A stretch of 64,000 bases of DNA from Macrostomum hystrix (taxonomy: Eukaryota > Animalia > Platyhelminthes), in NCBI GenBank assembly GCA_950097015.1, contig CATNEN010000024.1, positions 496,001 to 560,000 of the forward strand, read 5' to 3'. The notes below the pieces were generated by a model. It was not told where the DNA came from, did no database searches, and saw nothing but the letters and a program-made list of their open reading frames with translations. Of this stretch, positions 1 to 11,875 are shown piece after piece (position 1 is the stretch's first letter; every line of letters begins with the position of its first letter). The position numbers and the translations under genes are program-made.

Positions 1-430
1 TTACATATAATTCCAGTAAACAGCACTATATTGCTTTTTTGCTACGATGCACTAGTAAAGCAAAATTACTAACATTTAACACAAAAATCTCTCGTGATTG
101 AAAAAATTGTCCCCTCCCCGGTTTTTGAAGGCAAGTCCGTGACTGTCTTCTATAGTTCTGTCCGATTAAAAATTGCACTACTGGTGTATTTTTTGGATTG
201 CAAAAATCAACCAAAGTCTGTTGCCCTACACGATCTGTTTCAATGTTTTAAATGTGATGCTTATGCAAGCTTATTTGTGATCAGTTATAATACACATGCA
301 CCAGCATGGACACTAGAGTTATAGGTATTTTATACCCGCTCTGATTACTGCACAATAACTTCATTTTCATATTTCGGCCGTTGATTAATTATTTTTACTA
401 CCTGATATAGACAACCTGTAATTTCAAAAT

Positions 431-776
431 CTACCTCAGTCTGCCAACCTCAGTCTGCCTACCTCAGACTGCCTACCTCAGACTGCCTATCTCAGTCTGC
501 CTACCTCAGACTGCCTACCTCAGTCTGCCTACCTCAGTCTGCCTAACTCAGTCTGCCTACCTCAGTCTGCCTACCTCAGACTGCCTACCTCAGTCTGCCT
601 ACCTCAGTCTGCCTACCTCAGTCTGCCTACCTCAGACTGCCTACCTCAGACTGCCTACCTCAGACTGCCTACCTCAGACTGCCTACCTCAGACTGCCTAC
701 CTCAGACTGCCTACCTCAGTCTGCCTACCTCAGACTGCCTACCTCAGACTGCCTATCTCAGACTGCCTACCTCAGT
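431..776. repeat. 14-bp minisatellite (CTCAG[T/A]CTGCCTAC), ~25 copies
   Basis: Tandem periodicity read directly. Confidence 0.95.
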
Positions 777-894
777 CAGTCTCCCTCTCGGAACCTGAAC
801 TGGGGCGAGGTCTTAAATATGACAATAGGTTCCCATATATATGACTTTAGACATTATAAAATGGAGTGCACAAAATGGCATAAAAAATTGCAAG

Positions 895-967
895 CGACCA
901 CGCCAGGACTCGAACCTGGAATCTTCTGATCCGTAGTCAGACGCGTTATCCATTGCGCCACGCGGCC
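895..967 (-). tRNA. tRNA-Arg-ACG: tRNA-Arg(ACG) copy 1
   Basis: 73-nt GGCCGCGTGGCGCAATGGATAACGCGTCTGACTACGGATCAGAAGATTCCAGGTTCGAGTCCTGGCGTGGTCG; cloverleaf, anticodon loop CT-ACG-GA, A/B boxes, T6 run downstream. Confidence 0.97.
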
Positions 968-1581
968 CTGACATGCCAGATCTAAATTCCTGCCGATATA
1001 CTGAGACTCCAGCGCTGACACTGTTTGATCTGCTGCGAGCTGCGGTAAAATGTGTAAGCACAATGGACTTTGGAATCGAATCCGCTTACTAGTCAGTACT
1101 CTTGTACTCAGTAGTCATGGCAAATTTCGAGCATCCAATATTACCATTTGACAATCCGATCTTCAAAAGTATATATAGTTTTGAAAAATCATATTTTTTG
1201 TCATTGGCAAGTTAGGTCTTCAGGGCACGAATACGAGAGCCAATTGTGCGACACACTATGATCTCTTACAGAGCTCATCGGAGTTGTTTTACTGACAACA
1301 AAAGCAGGATCAGATGTGCTAATCGGTCTATCTTTTGAGAATCTGTTGAGAACTAGCAATAATGAATCAATGAAGCCCAGTAGCACAAAACAGTACACTG
1401 TAGTAACTTTTAGAGGCCGTCTATGAAAATCAGTTGTGAAAAACATTTGCCTGTTTTGGATTAAAATAGATTTTTGAAAATTGGAATTGAAAAAGGAGAC
1501 ACCGAAAGTGTGCCAGCAGATCAAACTGTGCCAGCGCTGGAGTCTCAGAATATCGGCAGGAATTTAGATCTGGGATGTCAG

Positions 1582-1654
1582 GGCCGCGTGGCGCAATGGA
1601 TAACGCGTCTGACTACGGATCAGAAGATTCCAGGTTCGAGTCCTGGCGTGGTCG
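1582..1654 (+). tRNA. tRNA-Arg-ACG: tRNA-Arg(ACG) copy 2
   Basis: Identical 73-nt body; T4 downstream. Confidence 0.97.
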
Positions 1655-1996
1655 ATCAGTCTTTTGCATCAGAAGGTTTAGTTGCAGGAAATGCTTGAAT
1701 GTCCACTAGTTGATAGCTTGAGGGTGCATAAGTAGATGGCTTTAATGTCTATCAATAAGTAGCATGAGTGTTCATCAGTTGATACCTGATACGAGTTCGT
1801 AGTTCGGATATTGGTGATTTTGAAGACAGCGCAAGTTGCTCTATATTTTGAACCTTTGATTACGGGCTTCTCTGAATCAGTAAAAACGACATTCCGAAAC
1901 AAAACATATACTCGCAAATCTGGCGCGACAATTGTTAAAGAAGAAGGGTCCCCACCGCCAATGAATTCTTCACTCTACTTAAAAAAAGAATTCGAA

Positions 1997-2069
1997 CGAC
2001 CACGCCAGGACTCGAACCTGGAATCTTCTGATCCGTAGTCAGACGCGTTATCCATTGCGCCACGCGGCC
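1997..2069 (-). tRNA. tRNA-Arg-ACG: tRNA-Arg(ACG) copy 3
   Basis: Identical body; T7 downstream. Confidence 0.97.
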
Positions 2070-2716
2070 CTGACATGCCAGGTCTAAATTCTTGCTAATA
2101 TGCTGAGAGACTCCATGAGCGCTTAAATGAGGAACTGTTTGATCTGCTGCGAGCTGTGAGGACAATGGACTGAGTGTTACATTAGACATGAATCTGACGT
2201 ATTGCTCGAGAAGGGATATGGCAACACATTTTGGGACGTAAAATTCATGATGCAGACTGTTCTCAAGCATGGGAACACACGCTCACTGGCATATAATGGC
2301 TTCAGGTAAAAAAGTCTGAGGTCACAATTTGAGCTGTGTACTACGTGAGACATGAATATGATGGGCACTGCAACGACTGCAAGATCACTGCAAGCAGGAG
2401 AGTCCACAAGTTCAGCTGCGAAGCTGATCAAAGAGGAAACATTAACCCAGCTTTAGTATTGAGACGCTCACGGCTTTTACACCAATCAAAATGATATGAT
2501 TCTGCAGATGGATTATGTGTGTTCTGACTTAAGACACATCCTGATGGATGATGTGTCTTTCCCTTTTGTGCTGCTTTATCCTTTCTCAAACAGGTTTATG
2601 TCTCGATAAACAAAAGCTCATTGTGCTCACAGGTTTCATTGCAGCTCGCAGCAGATCAAACAGTGTCAGCGCTGGAGTCTCAGTATATCGGCACGAATTT
2701 TGATCTGGCATGTCAG

Positions 2717-2789
2717 GGCCGCGTGGCGCATTGGATAACGCGTCTGACTACGGATCAGAAGATTCCAGGTTCGAGTCCTGGCGTGGTCG
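2717..2789 (+). tRNA. tRNA-Arg-ACG: tRNA-Arg(ACG) copy 4 (A15T variant in D-loop/A box)
   Basis: GCGCATTGG instead of GCGCAATGG; otherwise identical. Confidence 0.9.
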
Positions 2790-3197
2790 CTTGAATTTTT
2801 TGTTTTTCAGCTGTTCATGCTGGAAGCTGTGCTCTTTGAGCTTTACGAATTGGCGTTTAGCGAGACGACTCATGTGGAGACCGTTTTTCACCTCTCGTGC
2901 CCACTGTTTAAAAGGTTAATTGTTGACTGTCTGAGTGGCATATGCTGATCGAGGGTCTCGATGTCAAGCTGGTTTGAAGACACGGTGATGAGGCGATCGT
3001 TGCAGTCATCGCCAGTTGATTAATCTCTGTCGATCAATGCTTTCGATCAGCAGCGTGCGTCGCAGAGGTCTTCTCTCGCTGTCGGTGCTGAATAATGATC
3101 AAAAACAACACGTGTCTTAATAAATCAACTAATAATTCCTTCCAGTGCTTGGAATGATAAAAAAGAATAGATGTTGTGTACAAAAACATAATCTGAG

Positions 3198-3270
3198 CGA
3201 CCACGCCAGGACTCGAACCTGGAATCTTCTGATCCGTAGTCAGACGCGTTATCCATTGCGCCACGCGGCC
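3198..3270 (-). tRNA. tRNA-Arg-ACG: tRNA-Arg(ACG) copy 5
   Basis: Identical body. Confidence 0.97.
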
Positions 3271-3802
3271 CTCTTCTTGCAAGCCGACGTTTCGTTGCCT
3301 CATTTCGATCAAGAATTGGGATATTTGCTCAACTGTCTTTTTTGGCCTCTGACAGTTTCTAGCTCGTATAGTACTTATAGCAGTGACTGCGCTGAAGTAC
3401 AAAAAATATAGGTGTGAGAGACTGTTGTGCGTTTCTGAACTTGCGATGAAGCGACAGTTTGGGCTCTAAAGTAACACACCAGAATTATTTTGCGAACTGT
3501 CAAAACTTGGAAAGATTTAAACAAATAAGCCAAAATACGTCATAACAACCTAGAAAATTTAAGGTCTCAACATTTGAGTCCGTAGCAAAGTTAAGCAAGA
3601 ATGTAACAATATTCCAAATTATCTGCAGTTGAATATTTTAATCAGCCTTTATCGTAGGCAAGAATGAGTCCTGCAGTTTTTATGTCACATAAAAGGTCAA
3701 ACCGGCGTCAAATGGTGACATAGGATGCATGAAATATTTAATGCAGTACTGACTAGTAAGTGGATTCAATTCCACAGTCCATTGTGCTCACATATTTCAC
3801 CG

Positions 3803-3849
3803 CAGCTCGCAGCAGATCAAACAGTGTCAGCGCTGGAGTCTCAGTATAT
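3803..3849 (+). promoter_or_regulatory. Conserved upstream element of class-A tRNA copies: CAGCTCGCAGCAGATCAAACAG (-75..-54) plus TATAT (-33..-29)
   Basis: The motif recurs upstream of copies 1,3,4,6,8,13,15,16 and partly 2; a regulatory role is inferred. Confidence 0.45.
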
Positions 3850-3877
3850 CGGCAGGAATTTAGATCTGGGATGTCAG

Positions 3878-3950
3878 GGCCGCGTGGCGCAATGGATAAC
3901 GCGTCTGACTACGGATCAGAAGATTCCAGGTTCGAGTCCTGGCGTGGTCG
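3878..3950 (+). tRNA. tRNA-Arg-ACG: tRNA-Arg(ACG) copy 6
   Basis: Identical body. Confidence 0.97.
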
Positions 3951-4397
3951 CTAGAAATTTTATTTTGTTTTAATTGACTCGAAATTTCCAATACTTCTCA
4001 GAAATTTTCATTTGATGCTTTAGTAATAATATAATAGCTATTTATGCTAAGGTAGAAGGTTAAGCTTGAGGTGTAATATTTGTATCTTACAAGCCAATCG
4101 ATCCACCTTGAAGCATGCGCATTCGAGCAAGGAAAATCCTGAAGCTCCATCATTGCCATCATTGTCAGGATGCGACTGCAAAGCTTGAGGCAATCGTGAG
4201 CTGACTGGCATTGAGCTGTAACTTAATGGCTGGTATAATTACCGATCTCAACGGTGCTTTGATTTAGCGACTTTACTGGAAACGTTATTCCGAAATAAAT
4301 TATGAGTACATACTGGCACATTTGGCTCAAGAATGGTTATAAAAAAGGTTCCACAAAAATAAATTATATTTCTTTTTCTCAGCTAAAAAAAGTCGAG

Positions 4398-4470
4398 CAA
4401 CCACGCCAGGACTCGAACCTGGAATCTTCTGATCCGTTGTCAGACGCGTTATCCATTGCGCCACCTGGCC
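4398..4470 (-). pseudogene. Degenerate tRNA-Arg(ACG) copy 7
   Basis: U33->A (loop CA-ACG-GA); acceptor stem GGCCAGG/CGTGGTT with a G6:G67 mismatch and C72T. Confidence 0.85.
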
Positions 4471-4987
4471 CTCTTCTGGCAAGCAGACCGAGCCTCGTTT
4501 GGATCAGGGACGGGAACATTGACTCAACTGTCTTTTACTTGGCCTCTAAAAGTCACTAATGTACTAATAGCAGTGGGAAAAAGTCGAAAAGTTGAGGTGT
4601 GAGAGACTGTCGTGAGTAGGGAACTGCCATGAGCCCAAACAATGAGGGCAGTGAAGTACAGAGCCTGAATTGTTGGGCAACCGAGAAAATTTGACTGTTT
4701 GTAACAAGCACTCCAACATTACCAAAAGATGTTAGAACATCTCTCAAGTTTTCATTCAGTTGTTCAGAAAAGCAGCAAATATTACAGTTATTACAGTTTA
4801 CTATCAAGAGAAAATAATTTTTATCCGTTTTCTTCTTGTCGTCAGCTAGATCGAGTTCAGCAGGTTTGAGTGTCATATAACAAGTAGTAAATCGTGCTCA
4901 CGTATTTCAGCCCAGCTCGCAGCAGATCAAACAGTGTCAGCGCTGGAGTCTCATTATATCGGCAGGAATTTAGATCTGGCATGTCAG

Positions 4988-5060
4988 GGCCGCGTGGCGC
5001 AATGGATAACGCGTCTGACTACGGATCAGAAGATTCCAGGTTCGAGTCCTGGCGTGGTCG
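4988..5060 (+). tRNA. tRNA-Arg-ACG: tRNA-Arg(ACG) copy 8
   Basis: Identical body. Confidence 0.97.
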
Positions 5061-5228
5061 ATCAGTCTTTTGCATCAGAAAGTTTAGTTCTGGAAATGCT
5101 TGAGTGTTGAAATGCTTAGTTGATATTGTACTGAGTCGCTAGTTACTAGGATTAGCATCTTGCTCCCACTCCTTGACTAGTTAGCCATCGCTGCTGTATG
5201 GTCTAACTTAATCTGTATCTCAAGGGAA

Positions 5229-5695
5229 GAGTATCCTTCAGTATATCGAGAACAACAGGACAGCTCTTGGATAAGAGTATCCTTCAGTATATCGAGAACA
5301 ACAGGACAGCTCTTGGATAAGAGTATCCTTCAGTATATCGAGAACAACAGGACAACTCTTGGATAAGAGTATCCTTCAGTATATCGAGAACAACAGGACA
5401 GCTCTTGGATAAGAGTATCCTTCAGTATATCGAGAACAACAGGACAGCTCTTGGATAAGAGTATCCTTCAGTATATCGAGAACAACAGGACAGCTCTTGG
5501 ATAAGAGTATCCTTCAGTATATCGAGAACAACAGGACAGCTCTTGGGTAAGAGTATCCTTCAGTATATCGAGAACAACAGGACAGCTCTTGGGTAAGAGT
5601 ATCCTTCAGTATATCGAGAACAACAGGACAGCTCTTGGGTAAGAGTATCCTTCAGTATATCGAGAACAACAGGACAGCTCTTGGGTAAGAGTATC
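5229..5695. repeat. 46-bp minisatellite x~10 (GAGTATCCTTCAGTATATCGAGAACAACAGGACAGCTCTTGGATAA)
   Basis: Period 46 (5229, 5275, ...); no spacers. Confidence 0.95.
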
Positions 5696-6290
5696 TAGAT
5701 ATTTAGGAGCATAGGACAGCTCTTGGATAAGGGCATTGGGAACAAGGACAACTCGTGGATATGAGTATCCTTCAGTAAAGTCGCATATAGGGACTTCTCT
5801 TTACATCCCCAGGTTCAGGATCTCTCTTGGATAAGAGGATAACTCTGCCATCAGTCTTAGCAGCTGTAGACCACTATAGGACAAGAGTGTCTCAACGATC
5901 CCCAGGTTCAGGATCTCTCTTGGATAAGGGAACACTTCCTTCATAGTCAACTTTCGTCGGTGTGGAAAACTGTTCACAGACAATGGTCTCCGAGTCTCGA
6001 GTTTCAGATATTACTTATTTTTCCAATAATAGGTCTAAGGCGAGAGAAGTCATAAGAGAGAGAGTAGGGTCATTCGACCCTACTCACTATGGCGACAGCA
6101 ACCCTACCATTTTCAGGAGTTTATCAGTTTATTTCAGGAGTTTTTTAAAGGTATTTTTAAGGAGCTTGTCTTCAAATTAAAGTAATATTCACCTCTCACT
6201 CCAAATTTTGAACCTCAAACTTACATCCGCCCTTAAATCTGGTTTTCGCTTACCAATGAGTTTTATTAACTAAGCGGAGATACCACAATA

Positions 6291-9200
6291 GATAGACTGT
6301 CCATCAGTTGATAGCTTGAGTGTCCATCAGTTAATAGCTTGAGTGTCCATCAGTTGATAGCTAGACTGTCCATCAGTTAATAGCTTGAGTGTCCATCAGT
6401 TGATAGCTTGAGTGTCCATCAGTTAATAGCTTGAGTGTCCATCAGTTAATAGCTTGAGTGTCCATCAGTTGATAGCTTGAGTGTCCATCAGTTGATAGCT
6501 TGAGTGTCCATCAGTTAATAGCTTGAGTGTCCATCAGTTAATAGCTTGAGTGTCCATCAGTTGTTAGCTTGAGTGTCCATCAGTTGATAGCTAGACTGTC
6601 CATCAGTTAATAGCTTGAGTGTCCATCAGTTGATAGCTTGAGTGTCCATCAGTTGATAGCTTGAGTGTCCATCAGTTGATAGCTTGAGTGTCCATCAGTT
6701 GATAGCTAGACTGTCCATCAGTTGATAGCTTGAGTGTCCATCAGTTGATAGCTTGAGTGTCCATCAGTTGATAGCTTGAGTGTCCATCAGTTGATAGCTT
6801 GAGTGTCCATCAGTTGATAGCTTGAGTGTCCATCAGTTGATAGCTTGAGTGTCCATCAGTTAATAGCTTGAGTGTCCATCAGTTGATAGCTAGACTGTCC
6901 ATCAGTTAATAGCTTGAGTGTCCATCAGTTGATAGCTTGAGTGTCCATCAGTTAATAGCTTGAGTGTCCATCAGTTGATAGCTTTAGTGTCCATCAGTTG
7001 ATAGCTTGAGTGTCCATCAGTTGATAGCTTGAGTGTCCATCAGTTGATGCTTGAGTGTCCATCAGTTGATAGCTTGAGTGTCCATCAGTTGATAGCTTGA
7101 GTGTCCATCAGTTGATGCTTGAGTGTCCATCAGTTGATAGCTAGACTGTCCATCAGTTGATGCTTGAGTGTCCATCAGTTGATAGCTTGAGTGTCCATCA
7201 GTTGATAGCTTGAGTGTCCATCAGTTGATAGCTTGAGTGTCCATCAGTTGATAGCTTGAGTGTCCATCAGTTGATAGCTTGAGTGTCCATCAGTTGATAG
7301 CTTGACTGTCCATCAGTTGATAGCTAGACTGTCCATCAGTTGATGCTTGAGTGTCCATCAGTTGATAGCTAGACTGTCCATCAGTTGATGCTTGAGTGTC
7401 CATCAGTTGATAGCTTGAGTGTCCATCAGTTGATAGCTTGAGTGTCCATCAGTTGATAGCTTGAGTGTCCATCAGTTGATAGCTTGAGTGTCCATCAGTT
7501 GATAGCTTGAGTGTCCATCAGTTGATAGCTTGAGTGTCCATCAGTTGATAGCTTGAGTGTCCATCAGTTGATGCTTGAGTCTCCATCAGTTGATAGCTTG
7601 AGTGTCCATCAGTTGATAGCTTGAGTGTCCATCAGTTGATGCTTGAGTGTCCATCAGTTGATGCTTGAGTGTCCATCAGTTGATAGCTTGAGTGTCCATC
7701 AGTTGATGCTTGAGTGTCCATCAGTTGATGCTTGAGTGTCCATCAGTTGATAGCTTGAGTGTCCATCAGTTGATAGCTTGAGTGTCCATCAGTTGATGCT
7801 TGAGTGTCCATCAGTTGATAGCTTGAGTGTCCATCAGTTGATGCTTGAGTGTCCATCAGTTGATAGCTAGACTGTCCATCAGTTGATAGCTTGAGTGTCC
7901 ATCAGTTGATAGCTTGAGTGTCCATCAGTTGATGCTTGAGTGTCCATCAGTTGATAGCTAGACTGTCCATCAGTTGATAGCTTGAGTGTCCATCAGTTGA
8001 TAGCTTGAGTGTCCATCAGTTGATAGCTTGAGTGTCCATCAGTTGATAGCTTGAGTGTCCATCAGTTGATAGCTTGAGTGTCCATCAGTTAATAGCTTGA
8101 GTGTCCATCAGTTGATAGCTTGAGTGTCCATCAGTTGATAGCTTGAGTGTCCATCAGTTGATAGCTTGAGTGTCCATCAGTTGATAGCTTGAGTGTCCAT
8201 CAGTTGATAGCTAGACTGTCCATCAGTTAATAGCTTGAGTGTCCATCAGTTGATAGCTTGAGTGTCCATCAGTTGATAGCTTGAGTGTCCATCAGTTGAT
8301 AGCTTTAGTGTCCATCAGTTGATAGCTAGACTGTCCATCAGTTAATAGCTTGAGTGTCCATCAGTTGATAGCTTGAGTGTCCATCAGTTGATAGCTTGAG
8401 TGTCCATCAGTTGATAGCTTTAGTGTCCATCAGTTGATAGCTAGACTGTCCATCAGTTAATAGCTTGAGTGTCCATCAGTTGATAGCTTTAGTGTCCATC
8501 AGTTGATAGCTAGACTGTCCATCAGTTGATAGCTTGAGTGTCCATCAGTTGATGCTTGAGTGTCCATCAGTTGATGCTTTAGTGTCCATCAGTTGATAGC
8601 TTTAGTGTCCATCAGTTGATAGCTAGACTGTCCATCAGTTAATAGCTTGAGTGTCCATCAGTTGATAGCTTGAGTGTCCATCAGTTGATAGCTTGAGTGT
8701 CCATCAGTTGATAGCTTGAGTGTCCATCAGTTGATAGCTTGAGTGTCCATCAGTTGATAGCTTGAGTGTCCATCAGTTGATAGCTAGACTGTCCATCAGT
8801 TAATAGCTTGAGTGTCCATCAGTTGATGCTTGAGTGTCCATCAGTTGATAGCTAGACTGTCCATCAGTTGATAGCTTGAGTGTCCATCAGTTGATGCTTG
8901 AGTGTCCATCAGTTGATGCTTTAGTGTCCATCAGTTGATAGCTTTAGTGTCCATCAGTTGATAGCTAGACTGTCCATCAGTTAATAGCTTGAGTGTCCAT
9001 CAGTTGATGCTTGAGTGTCCATCAGTTGATGGCTTGAGTGTCCATCAGTTGATAGCTTGAGTGTCCATCAGTTGATAGCTTGAGTGTCCATCAGTTGATA
9101 GCTTGAGTGTCCATCAGTTGATAGCTAGACTGTCCATCAGTTAATAGCTTGAGTGTCCATCAGTTGATGCTTGAGTGTCCATCAGTTGATAGCTAGACTG

Positions 9201-9765
9201 TCCATCAGTTGATAGCTTGAGTGTCCATCAGTTGATGCTTGAGTGTCCATCAGTTGATAGCTTGAGTGTCCATCAGTTGATGCTTGAGTGTCCATCAGTT
9301 GATAGCTTGACTGTCCATCAGTTGATAGCTTGAGTGTCCATCAGTTGATAGCTTGAGTGTCCATCAGTTGATGCTTGAGTGTCCATCAGTTGATGCTTGA
9401 TTGTCCATCAGTTGATGCTTGAGTGTCCATCAGTTGATAGCTTGAGTGTCCATCAGTTGATAGCTTGAGTGTCCATCAGTTGATAGCTTGAGTGTCCATC
9501 AGTTAATAGCTTGAGTGTCCATCAGTTAATAGCTTGAGTGTCCATCAGTTGATAGCTTGAGTGTCCATCAGTTGATAGCTTGAGTGTCCATCAGTTGATA
9601 GCTTGAGTGTCCATCAGTTAATAGCTTGAGTGTCCATCAGTTAATAGCTTGAGTGTCCATCAGTTGATAGCTTGAGTGTCCATCAGTTGATAGCTTGAGT
9701 GTCCATCAGTTGATAGCTTGAGTGTCCATCAGTTAATAGCTTGAGTGTCCATCAGTTGATAGCTT
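6291..9765 (+). repeat. 23-bp satellite (GTGTCCATCAGTTGATAGCTTGA), ~150 copies, with 22-bp and substitution variants
   Basis: Period 23; recurrent variants TTAATAGC, CTAGACTGTCC, GATGCTT, TTTAGTG. Confidence 0.98.
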
Positions 9766-9948
9766 ATAGTTTGGAAAACGGTGATTCTGAAGACAGTGCA
9801 TGCGAGTTGCACTATATGAAGAGCCTTTGATTAACGGCTCAACAAGTCACTGAAAATAATAAATATACTCGCACATCTGAAGCCAAAAGAAGGAGAGTTC
9901 ACATTGAAAATTAATTTTATTTTTCTCTATTATAAAAAGGAAATCCAA

Positions 9949-10021
9949 CGACCACGCCAGGACTCGAACCTGGAATCTTCTGATCCGTAGTCAGACGCGT
10001 TATCCATTGCGCCACGCGGCC
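9949..10021 (-). tRNA. tRNA-Arg-ACG: tRNA-Arg(ACG) copy 9
   Basis: Identical body; T5 downstream. Confidence 0.97.
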
Positions 10022-10605
10022 CTCCGCCTGCTCAATCTCTGCTTCTTACGTTTCAACTAATTTACTTTGATGTTTGGTCAGCAGGATTGAATTCCCTTTA
10101 AAACTACTGCCAGAAGCATGTAGCGCATCGAAACTAATTTGGTTCCATTTTATTTGAACCTTCAACTTTCAGGTTCCTCAATCCCTTAAGCTGAAGCCTC
10201 CTTAAAATCCTAATAACATGTTTGAGCTAATCAATCACCCAATGACAGGTAAGGACTGTCCCTAGGTAACACCTTTCATAATGTCATTCTGGTCATCAGC
10301 TTGCCCAGTGCGGGTTCGCCAGACAGTTTTAATTTCGCTCATTATTGAAGGCTCAATCAGCCCATGCTGCAGCCCTGCTCAGCTGAGGCGGTTCACAACA
10401 GAGCTGACCAACTACTTAGACCAGATTCTGCATTGATCTTTGAGAGCATTCTTTCGAATATATTCCGTTCTCAACTGCCTTCTATTTAATATATTTTCTC
10501 TCCTCACCTATTAAAGCAAAAAAAATTTTGGAGGCTGACTAAATCACAGTTCTGTGAATATCCAAGTCCCAGATAGAAAAGAAAGGACATGAAAGGTTCT
10601 TAGAG

Positions 10606-10678
10606 GGCCGCGTGGCGCAATGGATAACGCGTCTGACTACGGATCAGAAGATTCCAGGTTCGAGTCCTGGCGTGGTCG
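10606..10678 (+). tRNA. tRNA-Arg-ACG: tRNA-Arg(ACG) copy 10
   Basis: Identical body. Confidence 0.97.
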
Positions 10679-11031
10679 CTCGAGTTATATATTTTGTTGT
10701 TCATAAAGTATTTTTTTATCATTCCAGTCACTGAAAAGAATTATTAGTTGATTTGTTCAGACACGTGGTGTTTTTCTTCAATGGTTGATCAACAGCGATT
10801 AAGCAACTGGCGATGTATGCGACGATCGCCTCCGTAGCGTGTCTCAAATCAGCTTGACATCGAGACTCTCGACCAGCATGTCACAGTCAGACAGTCTAAA
10901 ATCAACCTATAAAACTATAGTAGGACAGATGAAAAATACGGTCAGCACACGAGTCGACTCGCTAAAATCCAATTTGTAACGCTCAGAGAGCACAGCTTCC
11001 AGAAACAACAGTTAAAGACAAAAAATGCAAG

Positions 11032-11104
11032 CGACCACGCCAGGACTCGAACCTGGAATCTTCTGATCCGTAGTCAGACGCGTTATCCATTGCGCCACGC
11101 GGCC
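11032..11104 (-). tRNA. tRNA-Arg-ACG: tRNA-Arg(ACG) copy 11
   Basis: Identical body. Confidence 0.97.
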
Positions 11105-11417
11105 CTCTTCTGGCAAGCCGATCGAGTCTCTTTTCAAACAGGAACAGGGATATTTGCTCAAATGTCTTTTATTTAGCCTCTAAATGTTACCATTGTAATC
11201 ATGACAGTGATTTTGCAATCATTTTAAATCAGTTGGCCTTGGCGTTTCTTTTTTGGGTCAAGAATCTGGAACCTGCATGGTTTATTTATTTGGTTAAACA
11301 GTGTTATTCTCTGTAACAATTGATGTCTTCGTTCTCAATCGGTCATGTTGGCAGCCATGCCGGGGTGTTTAATCGTGCAATATTAATATTAGAATAACAA
11401 GAGCTTCAATCATTTTC

Positions 11418-11875
11418 AATTGTCTTCGTCGACTTCAGGAAAGCTTTTGATTCTGTCAGCAGGTCCGTTATTGTGGCAGTTCTGGTTCAACACGGAGTCC
11501 CGCCGCTGATCATCAAGTCGGTGATGGACTTCTATAGCAGCTCGCACGTCTTCGTCAACACCAGTGATCGCCTAACTGAGGAATTCCAAATGACATGCGG
11601 AGTCCTCCAAGGCGACACGCTGCCTACCTTCCTATTTGTGGTTGCGGCTAACTTTGTGTTGCGACAGGCGATCAGCGAAGAGGACTGCTTCATCGTTGCA
11701 CGTAGGTGCAACTCTCGCTACCGGGAAGAGCGTCTCGGCTGCCTTGCGAAGGCTGTCGACATCGCGCTCCTTTGCCATGACCTCGAGGCGGCTCAGGGAG
11801 CCATTCATCGCCTGGCGCTGGAGAACGCTAAATATGGACTGAAGATCAACGCCACCAAGACCGCAACAAGACTTT
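11418..11875 (+). mobile_element. Decayed non-LTR retrotransposon reverse transcriptase fragment (RTE-like)
   Basis: IVFVDFRKAFDSV, GVLQGDTL, GLKINATKT motifs; catalytic YADD degraded to KAVD. Confidence 0.88.

Larger units (their letters stand above)
1997..4075. repeat. Left arm of ~2.1 kb inverted repeat (partner ~14026-16108)
   Basis: Reverse-complement match read in tRNA flanks and spacers, e.g. 2070-2220 vs 15890-16035 and 4021-4075 vs 14026-14090. Confidence 0.92.

Noticed and set aside
3805-3872. Conserved tRNA upstream block as a pre-miRNA or separate ncRNA
   Set aside because: Only the outer CAGATC(T)AAA ends pair and the interior pairs poorly; a promoter-like reading fits better.
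5229-5695. 46-bp repeats (also 49 bp at 12189, 35 bp at 36660, 32 bp at 52200) as CRISPR arrays
   Set aside because: The units are contiguous with no unique spacers, there are no cas genes, and the context is eukaryotic.
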